From a virus: a stretch of DNA of 64,000 nt. The notes below the pieces were generated by a model, which saw only the letters and a program-made list of their open reading frames with translations, did no database searches and was not told the origin of the DNA. The stretch lies in the IMG/VR virus record IMGVR_UViG_3300045988_135453; one strand, 5' to 3'. Below are positions 26,912 to 35,185 of the stretch, in pieces (position 1 is the first letter of the stretch; the number at the start of each line of letters is the position of its first letter). The position numbers were made by a program, and so were the translations under genes.

Positions 26912-27193
26912 ATGATAACAATAAAAATCAAGACATGGAAGGACTGGAAGAAGGACTTCATCGATTGGGTAAAGGAACCACGGCGCAAGAGGTGCAAGGA
27001 GTATGTGAACTATATGGAGGCTTTACAAAATCAGACTCTCTACAAAATAATAGAGGACACTTGTGATAAATACAATAATATGCGTGAGGGTCAAATCCAA
27101 GACATCACCGAAGCAGTAGACAAATGCGTGGCTGCTTGTGCTAAGAAAACTCGCGAGCTTATCGATGATAGTCAGCCCGTAAAATTCTTCTGA
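26912..27193 (+). CDS. hypothetical protein (93 aa)
   Basis: The track ORF starts at GTG 26906; the first ATG is at 26912 (MITIKIKTWKDW...). Confidence 0.5.
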   Translation: MITIKIKTWKDWKKDFIDWVKEPRRKRCKEYVNYMEALQNQTLYKIIEDTCDKYNNMREGQIQDITEAVDKCVAACAKKTRELIDDSQPVKFF

Positions 27194-27234
27194 GACTGTA
27201 ACTTCCATTATAAGCAAGAAAAACTTTACGCAAC

Positions 27235-27843
27235 ATGAACAACAATATAAAAAGAAAGGACTGGGTGGGCGGCTCGGCTGCTGTGTTCAAGACATTAGGC
27301 GCAAGCAACCATACGGATGCGGATCGGCAGCGGGAGGATTACTACGCCACTGAGCCGAAGGCGACGGAATGGCTGTGCAAGCTGGAGCGGTTTGAGGGCA
27401 GGATTCTTGAGCCGTCGTGTGGCGAGGGGCACATGAGCGAGGTGCTGAAGGCAGCAGGGTATGAGGTGGTGAGCCGCGACCTTGTGGATAGAGGGTACGG
27501 CGAGGTGGCCGACTTCCTCGCAATAGATAACTTGGCGTGGGACGGAAACATCGTCACCAATCCGCCATACAAATATGCGCAGGAGTTTGTGGAGAAGGCT
27601 CTGAGCATCATTCCCGAAGGAAAGAAGGTGGCGATGTTCCTGAAGCTGACTTTTCTCGAAGGCAAGGCCCGGCGCGCTCTCTTCCGTTCTACCCCCCCCA
27701 TTCGTGTTTGGGTAAGCTCGTCGCGACTGAAATGTGCCATGAATGGCAACTTCGACAAATACGGCAGCAGCGCAGCGGCTTACGCCTGGTTCGTGTGGGA
27801 GAAAGGATATAAAGGCGAGACAACTGTGAAATGGTTTAACTGA
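27235..27843 (+). CDS. N6-adenine DNA methyltransferase (NPPY type)
   Basis: 202 aa. Motif I ILEPSCGEGHM and motif IV IVTNPPY. Contains an in-frame C8 run (27692-27699). Confidence 0.8.
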   Translation: MNNNIKRKDWVGGSAAVFKTLGASNHTDADRQREDYYATEPKATEWLCKLERFEGRILEPSCGEGHMSEVLKAAGYEVVSRDLVDRGYGEVADFLAIDNLAWDGNIVTNPPYKYAQEFVEKALSIIPEGKKVAMFLKLTFLEGKARRALFRSTPPIRVWVSSSRLKCAMNGNFDKYGSSAAAYAWFVWEKGYKGETTVKWFN

Positions 27844-27865
27844 TAGATTTACGAAACAACAAAGC

Positions 27866-28615
27866 ATGATAGAACTGAATAAGATATATAATGAAGACTG
27901 CCTGAAAGGGATGAAAAGGATTCCGGACGGGAGTGTGGATTGCGTGATATGCGATTTGCCGTATGGTACTACTGCTTGCGCTTGGGATAGCGTAATTCCT
28001 TTTGACAAGTTGTGGGAGCAATACAGAAGAATTATAAAGCGAAACGCTCCAATTGTTCTGTTCGGCAATGAGCCTTTTAGCACATTTCTGAGAGTTTCAA
28101 ATATTAAGAATTGGAAATATGACTGGATTTGGGACAAGAAAATGAAAGTGGGTTTTTTGAACGCAAAAAAAAGACCTCTCAAGCAGTATGAAAATATATC
28201 TGTTTTCAGTTATGGCGATTGCATCTACAATCCTCAAATGACTAAAGGTTTATTTAGAAACAAAAAGTCGTATGATAATAGAGAGGGAAATGGGGATGGC
28301 GTGTATCGTAAGTTTGGAAACATTGATGTAAAAAATGACATTTACTATCCTTCAAACTTTTTGGAGTATAGCAATGCCGCACAGAAAGGTAAGATTCATC
28401 CCACACAAAAGCCCGTAGCTCTCATTCAGTACCTCATTCGCACTTACTCCAACGAGGGCGACACCATATTAGACAACTGCATGGGCAGCGGCACCACTGC
28501 CATTGCAGCCATTCGCGAGAAGCGCAACTTCATCGGCTTCGAGCTCAACAAGGAGTATTACGACAAGGCTTGTAAGCGCATCAAACTGGAGCTGGCACAG
28601 CCTACCCTCTTCTGA
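27866..28615 (+). CDS. DNA methyltransferase, N4/N6 (PF01555-like, beta class)
   Basis: 249 aa. DPPY-type motif CDLPYG near the N-terminus, IHPTQKP and SAM motif DNCMGSGTTAIAA near the C-terminus. Confidence 0.85.
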   Translation: MIELNKIYNEDCLKGMKRIPDGSVDCVICDLPYGTTACAWDSVIPFDKLWEQYRRIIKRNAPIVLFGNEPFSTFLRVSNIKNWKYDWIWDKKMKVGFLNAKKRPLKQYENISVFSYGDCIYNPQMTKGLFRNKKSYDNREGNGDGVYRKFGNIDVKNDIYYPSNFLEYSNAAQKGKIHPTQKPVALIQYLIRTYSNEGDTILDNCMGSGTTAIAAIREKRNFIGFELNKEYYDKACKRIKLELAQPTLF

Positions 28616-28647
28616 CAAAACAACCGACAACAACACAAAAACAAGAC

Positions 28648-28884
28648 ATGAGTAACAACCGACACAAATATTTCAACAAGGTTCCGCCGTTCAAGCCGGA
28701 CCCTGAACACTACACACGCAAGCAACGCTCATGGAAGGCGAAGGAGGCTTACGAGACGGAGGATGATGCTTGGGAATATCTAAACCAGAACCCGAAGCTA
28801 CAGGCGCAGGGTATGACGGTGTACAGATGCAGGACGTGCAACAAATGGCACATAGGACATAAGCCTTCGGCAATTAGGAATTAG
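28648..28884 (+). CDS. small protein with C-terminal Cys/His knuckle (78 aa)
   Basis: ATG ORF preceded by an exact CAACACAAAAAC leader (28631-28642). Contains ...YRCRTCNKWHIGH... Confidence 0.5.
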   Translation: MSNNRHKYFNKVPPFKPDPEHYTRKQRSWKAKEAYETEDDAWEYLNQNPKLQAQGMTVYRCRTCNKWHIGHKPSAIRN

Positions 28885-29047
28885 GAATTTTGAGTTTTGA
28901 ATTGTCGCCGTTGGCAATTTTGAATTATCCAATTTTGAATTATTCAAAACCAAGCAGGAGAAACGCAGCAACAACTCAAAAATCAAAAACTCAAAATCGG
29001 CATAGCCGATAATTCAAAACTCAACACTCAAAACTCAAAACTCAAAA
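28885..29047. repeat. palindromic TTTTGA(G/A)T-octamer / hairpin element, complete copy A (between the small ORF and terL)
   Basis: The left half has TTTTGAGTTTTGAATT words plus the hairpin ATTGTCGCCGTTGGCAAT (28901-28918). The right half has AATTCAAAACTCAAAA words plus the hairpin ATCGGCATAGCCGAT (28996-29010). It ends at the terL ATG. Confidence 0.85.
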
Positions 29048-29048
29048 A

Positions 29049-31043
29049 ATGCAGCAAGCGCATAACATATACTTAACTAAATTCCAGCAACAGTCGCTAT
29101 ACATGGGAGCCAAGGACGAGCGAGTGATTGCTGCCCGCCGTGTGGGTAAGACCGACGGACTTGTGGCTCCTTACGTCTGGATGGCAAGCAACTCCATGCC
29201 TGGTATGCTCGGCGCATGGGTGGCTGTGTCGCGGCAACAGGGCTTCGGCAAGACCATACCGAGTACGATGGCGGCCATGGAGCGTATGTTCGGCTTTACG
29301 CAGGGCATACACTTCGGTTGGGGTCGCCCGCCGAAACATGCCCGTGAGAGTATCTTCAAGCCTAAGAACTATGACAATTACATCTGGTTTGCCAATGGTG
29401 CCGGATGGGTGCTTATATCCCTCTCTCAGACTGCGAGTGCAAACAGTTATACCTTCAGTGCTCTTGTGGGGGACGAAGCGAGGTTCTTTCCGCTAAAAAA
29501 GGTAACTGACGAGTTGCTGCCGGCTCTTTCTGGCCAGACTCATCCGTTGGGTGACATCAACTTTACAGAGTATAATCCGATGTATAAGAGTACGCGATTC
29601 CTCTCCGATGCTGCGCTCACAGCCAAAGGGTCGTGGCTCGAAAAAGAGGAGGAGAAGTTAGACTTGACCGTTGAGACAGGTCCGTTCAAGGGCAAGACCT
29701 ACAGATGGGTGCAGGAGCAGTTGGAGGATTATGCCGACAAGGTTATACTCTACAACGATATGCTTTACAATGCGAAGAAGTCGGGGCATTCGGTGCATGT
29801 GGTGCCGGCAGAAGTAAAAGAAGATATTCGCGACACGGCTCTGAAGATGATGAAGCATGAGGGAGAGTTTCGTATCATGCCTAATCATGGCAAGCACATC
29901 ACGAAGGCAATGGTGGATATGGCGGTAAACTATAAGCTACTCTCCGTGGATGATGCCGAACTGGTTTACGACTATGAATATCTGATTACGCCTGGAGAGG
30001 ATTTTGAGATGCAGATGTTCCTGCGCTCAAAGAAATTTCAAGACGGTTATCTGCGTGAGCTGCGCCGTGTGGCTTTCTGTGTGCGTCGTGCGTCATCGCT
30101 CGACAATGTGGACATTTTGGGTGAGGATTACATAAGGCAGATGCGCCGCGATTTGCCTCCGATGACCTTCGCAATTTCAATTCTCAACATCAAAGTAAAG
30201 AAGTCAAACGACGGATTTTACTCCAACCTCGACATTGATCATGTCCACGGGTATATCCCCGACGAGATAGACCCACTATCGTCTGCAAAATTTTCCACGC
30301 AAAAGGTGTCGGGCATCATCGGTGGAAGGAAAGTTACGAGCGAGAGCTATCAACCTGATTTCAAGGAATTGGGCGAGCGCAACGACTCACGCATGGACTC
30401 CGACTGCATCAACTCCCTACCTCTGTATACAGCCTTGGATTACAATGCTAACATAAATACGCTTGTGGTTGGGCAGATGTACGAGCGTGACGGCATGGAA
30501 TGTCTGAACGTTATCAAGAGCTTTTATGTGAAGAACGAGCGCAAACTGCGTGAGTTGATTGCTGATTTTTCGGATTATTACGCACCGAAGCGAGCCATCA
30601 ACCGCGACGTGACGTATTTCTATGATGCTACGGCTAAGCAGGGCGCATCCTACGCTTCATCGGACGAGCGGTTCTATATGACAGTGATTGCAGAATTAGA
30701 GAAGCGAGGGTGGAACGTGACGGCAATAGACATGGGCGCACCGGAAAAGCACGAGGTGAAGCACAAGATTATCAACGACGGCTTGGCTCACCTCTCCTAC
30801 CCTGCCATCCGCATCAACCAGGTGAACAATCCCGACCTTATTATTGCCATGCAGCTGTGCGAGGTGCAGATTTCGTATCAAGGATTCCACAAAAATAAGA
30901 GTCAAGAAAAAAAGCCCGAGAGTGAAGACACGCTGCCCTTGGAAAACCGTACCGATTTTACGGACGCTTTTGACACTCTGTACTTAGGTTGCAAGTTCTT
31001 CCGTGGCGGTGGCGGTTGGTTTGTGCTACCGAGTGGAAGATGA
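29049..31043 (+). CDS. terL: terminase large subunit
   Basis: 664 aa. Walker A-like AARRVGKTDG, Walker B ALVGDEA, and a long C-terminal region compatible with the nuclease domain. Confidence 0.8.
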   Translation: MQQAHNIYLTKFQQQSLYMGAKDERVIAARRVGKTDGLVAPYVWMASNSMPGMLGAWVAVSRQQGFGKTIPSTMAAMERMFGFTQGIHFGWGRPPKHARESIFKPKNYDNYIWFANGAGWVLISLSQTASANSYTFSALVGDEARFFPLKKVTDELLPALSGQTHPLGDINFTEYNPMYKSTRFLSDAALTAKGSWLEKEEEKLDLTVETGPFKGKTYRWVQEQLEDYADKVILYNDMLYNAKKSGHSVHVVPAEVKEDIRDTALKMMKHEGEFRIMPNHGKHITKAMVDMAVNYKLLSVDDAELVYDYEYLITPGEDFEMQMFLRSKKFQDGYLRELRRVAFCVRRASSLDNVDILGEDYIRQMRRDLPPMTFAISILNIKVKKSNDGFYSNLDIDHVHGYIPDEIDPLSSAKFSTQKVSGIIGGRKVTSESYQPDFKELGERNDSRMDSDCINSLPLYTALDYNANINTLVVGQMYERDGMECLNVIKSFYVKNERKLRELIADFSDYYAPKRAINRDVTYFYDATAKQGASYASSDERFYMTVIAELEKRGWNVTAIDMGAPEKHEVKHKIINDGLAHLSYPAIRINQVNNPDLIIAMQLCEVQISYQGFHKNKSQEKKPESEDTLPLENRTDFTDAFDTLYLGCKFFRGGGGWFVLPSGR

Positions 31044-31046
31044 TGG

Positions 31047-31128
31047 GAGTTTTGAATTTTGAGTTTTGAATTTTGAATTGTGCGCTACGCGCATTTTGAA
31101 TTATTCATTTTTGAATTTAGAATTTTGT
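31047..31128 (+). repeat. TTTTGA(G/A)T-octamer / hairpin element, half copy B (after terL)
   Basis: GAGTTTTGAATTTTGAGTTTTGAATTTTGAATTG, then hairpin TGCGC tac GCGCA (31081-31093), then TTTTGAATTATTCATTTTTGAATTT. Confidence 0.85.
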
Positions 31129-31223
31129 AATCGGCTTAGTCGCTTGCCTTAGCAAGATTTATCGGCAAGCTGATTAGGGAATATTCAATTTTTAGTTTTT
31201 AGGCTTGCATAAGAAAAAGCGAA

Positions 31224-31255
31224 GGGCAGACGTTATCACAACGGCTGCCCTTTTT
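31224..31255 (+). terminator. rho-independent terminator of the plus-strand operon
   Basis: GGGCAG (31224-31229) / CTGCCC (31245-31250) with inner CGTT/AACG pairs, followed by T5 (31251-31255). Confidence 0.7.
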
Positions 31256-31308
31256 ACGTCTTAAAAATGAAAAGTAAGAAATTAATACGGTTAAATAATA
31301 TTCATTTT

Positions 31309-31900
31309 TTATTTATCATGACGGCGTTTTGGTGTCTTAAAGAGAGGGCGAATAAGTTTTGCAGAGACGAAATGACACAAAGAGGTGTCTACTTTCACTC
31401 CCTTAAAATCCGCTGTATAGCCAACCCTCTTTATGTAATCGTTGATTTGCTTCACATCCCCCTCAGTCAGATCTACCCTTTTGTATGCCTCCTTTAGACG
31501 GAAAGACGTATACTTACTGATAAGATTACAGAAACCTCTCGAATAGTGACTATAATCTTCCGACAAAGTTTCGTCTGCATATAGAGAAGATCGTTGCCAC
31601 TCTGTTCGTGTACCCAAAAGGCATAACACGTTACCATCTCCTCGGTCTTGTAGGACTTTTTCAAAATGGCAACAATATACGCATCGGGGTGTTCGGTATC
31701 TAAAAACTTGCAATATTCGCCATCTTCAGCATTATAATACTCGAGATCTTCGAAAGTAGAGCTTTCAATAGTAAACTTTATATTCTTATTTCCCTCAGCA
31801 CCACCGTCTTTTGCGGACAGCTGGTTTATGCGCTGCTCCAGCTTTTTTATGCTTTTGAGTGCTCGTCAAGCATATCTATCATAGACTTCATAGAGCTCAT
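31309..31900 (-). pseudogene. decayed gene (at least two frame changes)
   Basis: Three consecutive protein-like segments lie in three frames. First: ATG 31900 MSSMKSMIDMLDEHSKA*. Second: ...ALKSIKKLEQRINQLSAKDGG...CKFLDTEHPDAYIVAILKKSYKTEEMVTCYAFWVHEQSGNDLLY... with no usable ATG. Third: the track ORF 31309..31713, whose C-terminal part (...DETLSEDYSHYSRGF...KRVGYTADFKGVKVD...) continues the sense. Confidence 0.45.
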
Positions 31901-31923
31901 AAACGTCTGTGACAGGTTTTCTT

Positions 31924-32736
31924 TTAATTGTTTACACATGTCTTTTTATGTTTTAAGATTGACAAATCTGTTTTTTCTTTTTCCTTCTCCTCGTCTGCCA
32001 GTATGCTTTCCACATACCTTACAGCACGTTCATATTCCCTACCCGACTTTTCGCTGTCGGCATAGGCATGTTTAATCAGTTCTTCGCCCGTGCCATAGAA
32101 GCACCCTACTCTCCACCTATTGTTGGAACGAGTCCAAACGAAATAACGGCCACTGCTCCAGAAATTTTTAAAGACGATATAATCGGATTTGTCACATACC
32201 TCCGCATCGCCACCGATGAAACAATCGCAGCAGAGCCGAACGTATCCATAAACCTTGGCTCTGCCACAGACAAGCGTATGACCAAATACCTGTGCGTTGC
32301 CGTAGACCTCGGCCCAGTTTAAGATTTTAACGTCTTCGTCGATCTGCGCACTTTCACTAACCTTGGCACGGCCATAGACTTGCGAACGGCCAAATATTTT
32401 TGTTCTGCCACTAACCCACGCCCGGTCGTAAACCTCAGCGTCATCGTAGACCTTAGCATAGCAGCGAACTTCCGCACTACCATAAACGCAGGCATTGCAA
32501 AAAACCTTCGCGTAACCAGAGATTTTTGCACAGTCGGAAACCTTTGCGTTATCAAAGACACAGGCTTCGCAATAGACCCATGCTTTACCTGCATGGGACA
32601 GATTTTCTTCCTTTTCAATCCACCCACCAAGTTCGCCGGCTTGAACATCCGAGAAGTCTCTGAGCGCCTTAATCCGATGGAGTGTTCTACCATCAACATT
32701 GATAGTTTGATCTGTTAGTTCATATTTCTTTTTCAT
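31924..32736 (-). CDS. hexapeptide-repeat (left-handed beta-helix-type) protein with globular C-terminal domain
   Basis: 270 aa. About 20 consecutive 6-residue units: AKVSDC AKISGY AKVFCN ACVYGS AEVRCY AKVYDD AEVYDR AWVSGR TKIFGR SQVYGR AKVSES AQIDED VKILNW AEVYGN AQVFGH TLVCGR AKVYGY... Confidence 0.65.
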   Translation of the reverse strand: MKKKYELTDQTINVDGRTLHRIKALRDFSDVQAGELGGWIEKEENLSHAGKAWVYCEACVFDNAKVSDCAKISGYAKVFCNACVYGSAEVRCYAKVYDDAEVYDRAWVSGRTKIFGRSQVYGRAKVSESAQIDEDVKILNWAEVYGNAQVFGHTLVCGRAKVYGYVRLCCDCFIGGDAEVCDKSDYIVFKNFWSSGRYFVWTRSNNRWRVGCFYGTGEELIKHAYADSEKSGREYERAVRYVESILADEEKEKEKTDLSILKHKKTCVNN

Positions 32737-32749
32737 AGCTTTTTTGTTT

Positions 32750-33073
32750 TTATTTCAACAAATGAAGAGGTTTGCACTCGTCCTTTCGTTGTAAAAACTG
32801 CTCTATCTGCTCTTTAAGAATCTGTATTTCCGCTTTGCATAACACGCAGCAACCTTCTTTATTTGCAGGGTATAAAGGCAAAGAGGGCGTTTTGTTACCA
32901 AAGACGAGCATACCAGGCATTATGTTACCGTTTCCTGCTCTTACTTCTATATGCAAACGCTCTAATTCATCAAGTATTGAATGCGAAGATACGGACTCCT
33001 CTTTTTTGAATGCTTCCGATATAAAGTCCAAGTTTTCTTTTGCTACAAAGTCTACATTTGTTTTCTTTTCCAT
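32750..33073 (-). CDS. hypothetical protein (107 aa; start uncertain)
   Basis: The track ORF starts at ATG 33139 but overlaps the upstream gene by 38 nt. An internal ATG at 33073 (MEKKTNVDF...) is preferred. Confidence 0.45.
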   Translation of the reverse strand: MEKKTNVDFVAKENLDFISEAFKKEESVSSHSILDELERLHIEVRAGNGNIMPGMLVFGNKTPSLPLYPANKEGCCVLCKAEIQILKEQIEQFLQRKDECKPLHLLK

Positions 33074-33101
33074 TACATTCTTACTTCTTAGGGTAACACA
33101 A

Positions 33102-33728
33102 TTACAAGAACACTGGCAGTCTGCGCCACACGCCTCCATTCAGCTTAAACTCCTCCTGCCAGTCCCGATATTCCACTTCAAAAATTGCACCATAACAAGC
33201 AAGATCCTTGAGAGGTAGGCTCTCGATGTATTTCTCCTGCTGCTCACGAGTCATAAAGTCGTTAGGCATGAGGATGATGCGGTTGTTGCGGACGTGGTGA
33301 AAGAATTCTAACGCAAAAGATTTCTTAGTCAGCATCTTCTTAATCGCCTTATAGTCAATTTCAATCTTTGGTGAGAAATAAATACCATCCACGTTCAGAC
33401 TGAAATAATATGGATCAAAAGACAATTCATCATGGCAAAACATCTCACAGCCAGAAGTGTAAACGTAGAGTTGCTTGATATTAGGGTAATCAAAGCGCAG
33501 GTGTGAACAAAAGTCAATAATGCCGGGCACAACGAACGGTTCTCCACCAGTAAGCATAACAGTATGTGCTGCCTTCAGTTCCTTTACAGTCGCCACGGGA
33601 ATCGTATCGAGGTCGTACTGATTATTGCAGCAAAACGGACGGATGCTGCTACGAAACTTGTTTATTATCAAGTGTATGGCTCCCTTATCAGCTCCTGGCT
33701 CGTCAGTATATTTACGTTTTGTTTCCAT
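33102..33728 (-). CDS. radical-SAM-fold-like protein lacking the CxxxCxxC cluster
   Basis: 208 aa. HTVMLTGGEPFVVPGIIDF matches the GGE motif block of NrdG/QueE-type radical SAM activases. The N-terminus has only ...RPFCCNNQYD... instead of a three-Cys cluster. Confidence 0.3.
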   Translation of the reverse strand: METKRKYTDEPGADKGAIHLIINKFRSSIRPFCCNNQYDLDTIPVATVKELKAAHTVMLTGGEPFVVPGIIDFCSHLRFDYPNIKQLYVYTSGCEMFCHDELSFDPYYFSLNVDGIYFSPKIEIDYKAIKKMLTKKSFALEFFHHVRNNRIILMPNDFMTREQQEKYIESLPLKDLACYGAIFEVEYRDWQEEFKLNGGVWRRLPVFL

Positions 33729-33733
33729 ATTAT

Positions 33734-34054
33734 CTATTGATGTTCTTTTTCTTTCGTCAGCATATCATGCCGCAGCCCCATGAGCCAGAATTTGAGGTTG
33801 ATGTAACGGCCATCATCGAGGTTGGCCTCACGCCATTCGGCATATTGGTCGTAGGTCAGACCGTTCTCGATGATGCGCACCATGTCCAACGGATTCAACA
33901 CGTCACATTCCTCAAAGTCGCACACACCACCTATTTCTTCTCCTATCCAGTACCACTTGCGGCAGCCGTCGAAGAGCTGTTCGTTGACAATTTCTGCTAA
34001 CTTATTGCAGCTGCCTTTGTATTGCTGTACGATTTCTTTTAACTTAGGTTTCAT
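33734..34054 (-). CDS. hypothetical protein (106 aa)
   Basis: ATG ORF, co-oriented. Confidence 0.5.
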   Translation of the reverse strand: MKPKLKEIVQQYKGSCNKLAEIVNEQLFDGCRKWYWIGEEIGGVCDFEECDVLNPLDMVRIIENGLTYDQYAEWREANLDDGRYINLKFWLMGLRHDMLTKEKEHQ

Positions 34055-34093
34055 ATCTGCAAATATAATTTTTTGATATTTGAATGACCGGTG

Positions 34094-35038
34094 CTAATCT
34101 TGCTCTTCTTGCAGTTTATCGTCGAAGGTCTCATGAAACTCATCACAATATATCGGGCCGTTTTCACAATAGACCCGGCAATCGCCCTCCGTTGGTACAG
34201 ACTCAATGCTTGCTTTGACGCAATCCTCAATCTCAAAGGCATCGGAAAAATCGTCTTTGTCTGCGTCTCTCCACGCGATCGCTTTTGCCTCCTGTTCCGA
34301 ATGGGCGAGAACGAACACGTCTGCCCGCATAACAAGACCTACCTCGTAGAGCTTCATGAAAAGATAATTGTGCTCCTTTGCCACCTCATTGGCTTCATTG
34401 AGCGTTTTAATGGTGTTAAGAATGAGGTCTGCGCGAATCTCAGAGTCTGTGCTGAAAGAAAGACCGCCCGGAAGGATATTTACAACCGGACATTTACGCC
34501 CTTCCCAGTGCATTTTCTTGTCTATTTTTATAACTGTAGCAATTTTCCCATCTTTCCTGCCGGCAAACAAAAGGCTGCCTCCTATGTCGTAAAGTTCTGC
34601 CTGCTCAATGCCGCAAAGAGGCAGTAGGCGTGTTGCGTGTTCGAGGGCGCTGAGAAAGACGTGCCTGTTTTTGATGATTACTACTTTATCGTCCTCTTTT
34701 AAGGCGCGCTGGTAACAGCATGGGTATTTCTTGTGGTCAACAAAACAATCCACAACATCAAGCACGGACGTTCTGAGCAGCAGGGTGTCGATATTGCAAA
34801 CGAAAAAATCTTTACCCGTTTCTTCCAGCGGACAGAGAATGTCACGTTCGGTTCCAATCTCTGGCAGATCCTGCGGGGCAGGGAAAACGTTTTTAAATAA
34901 TAACAAACTGCACAGCGAGTTTTCTACCAACATGAACGAGTCATAATTGTGCAACTCGCTTTTCTTTTCATAATATGGGCATACAAGGCGAATAATGTCC
35001 TTTACATCGTCACATGTTATATTTTCTGTTTTCGACAT
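34094..35038 (-). CDS. hypothetical protein (314 aa)
   Basis: ATG ORF with an acidic C-terminus, no motif recognised. Confidence 0.6.
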   Translation of the reverse strand: MSKTENITCDDVKDIIRLVCPYYEKKSELHNYDSFMLVENSLCSLLLFKNVFPAPQDLPEIGTERDILCPLEETGKDFFVCNIDTLLLRTSVLDVVDCFVDHKKYPCCYQRALKEDDKVVIIKNRHVFLSALEHATRLLPLCGIEQAELYDIGGSLLFAGRKDGKIATVIKIDKKMHWEGRKCPVVNILPGGLSFSTDSEIRADLILNTIKTLNEANEVAKEHNYLFMKLYEVGLVMRADVFVLAHSEQEAKAIAWRDADKDDFSDAFEIEDCVKASIESVPTEGDCRVYCENGPIYCDEFHETFDDKLQEEQD

Positions 35039-35185
35039 TCGTTTCGGTTTTAAAAGGTTTACAACATTCTTTTGTTCAGTTTCTCATTATGTGTATTTTC
35101 ACCACCTTATTTTGTAAATGTGGCTGGTTTCTGTTAAACTCTTTTACAAGCGTTCTCTCCAACTGGTCTAAAAAGATGACTTTAT

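Noticed and set aside
27295-28182. 295-aa minus-strand ORF spanning both methyltransferase genes
   Set aside because: The plus-strand frames contain unmistakable methyltransferase motifs (NPPY, DLPYG, GSGTT). The antisense ORF crosses an intergenic gap and has shadow-like composition.
28885-29047. Possible CRISPR-like array, given the many short direct repeats
   Set aside because: The repeat unit is only about 8 nt with no unique spacers, and the two halves are mutually inverted. This is a palindromic element, not a repeat-spacer array. No CRISPR array occurs anywhere in the window.
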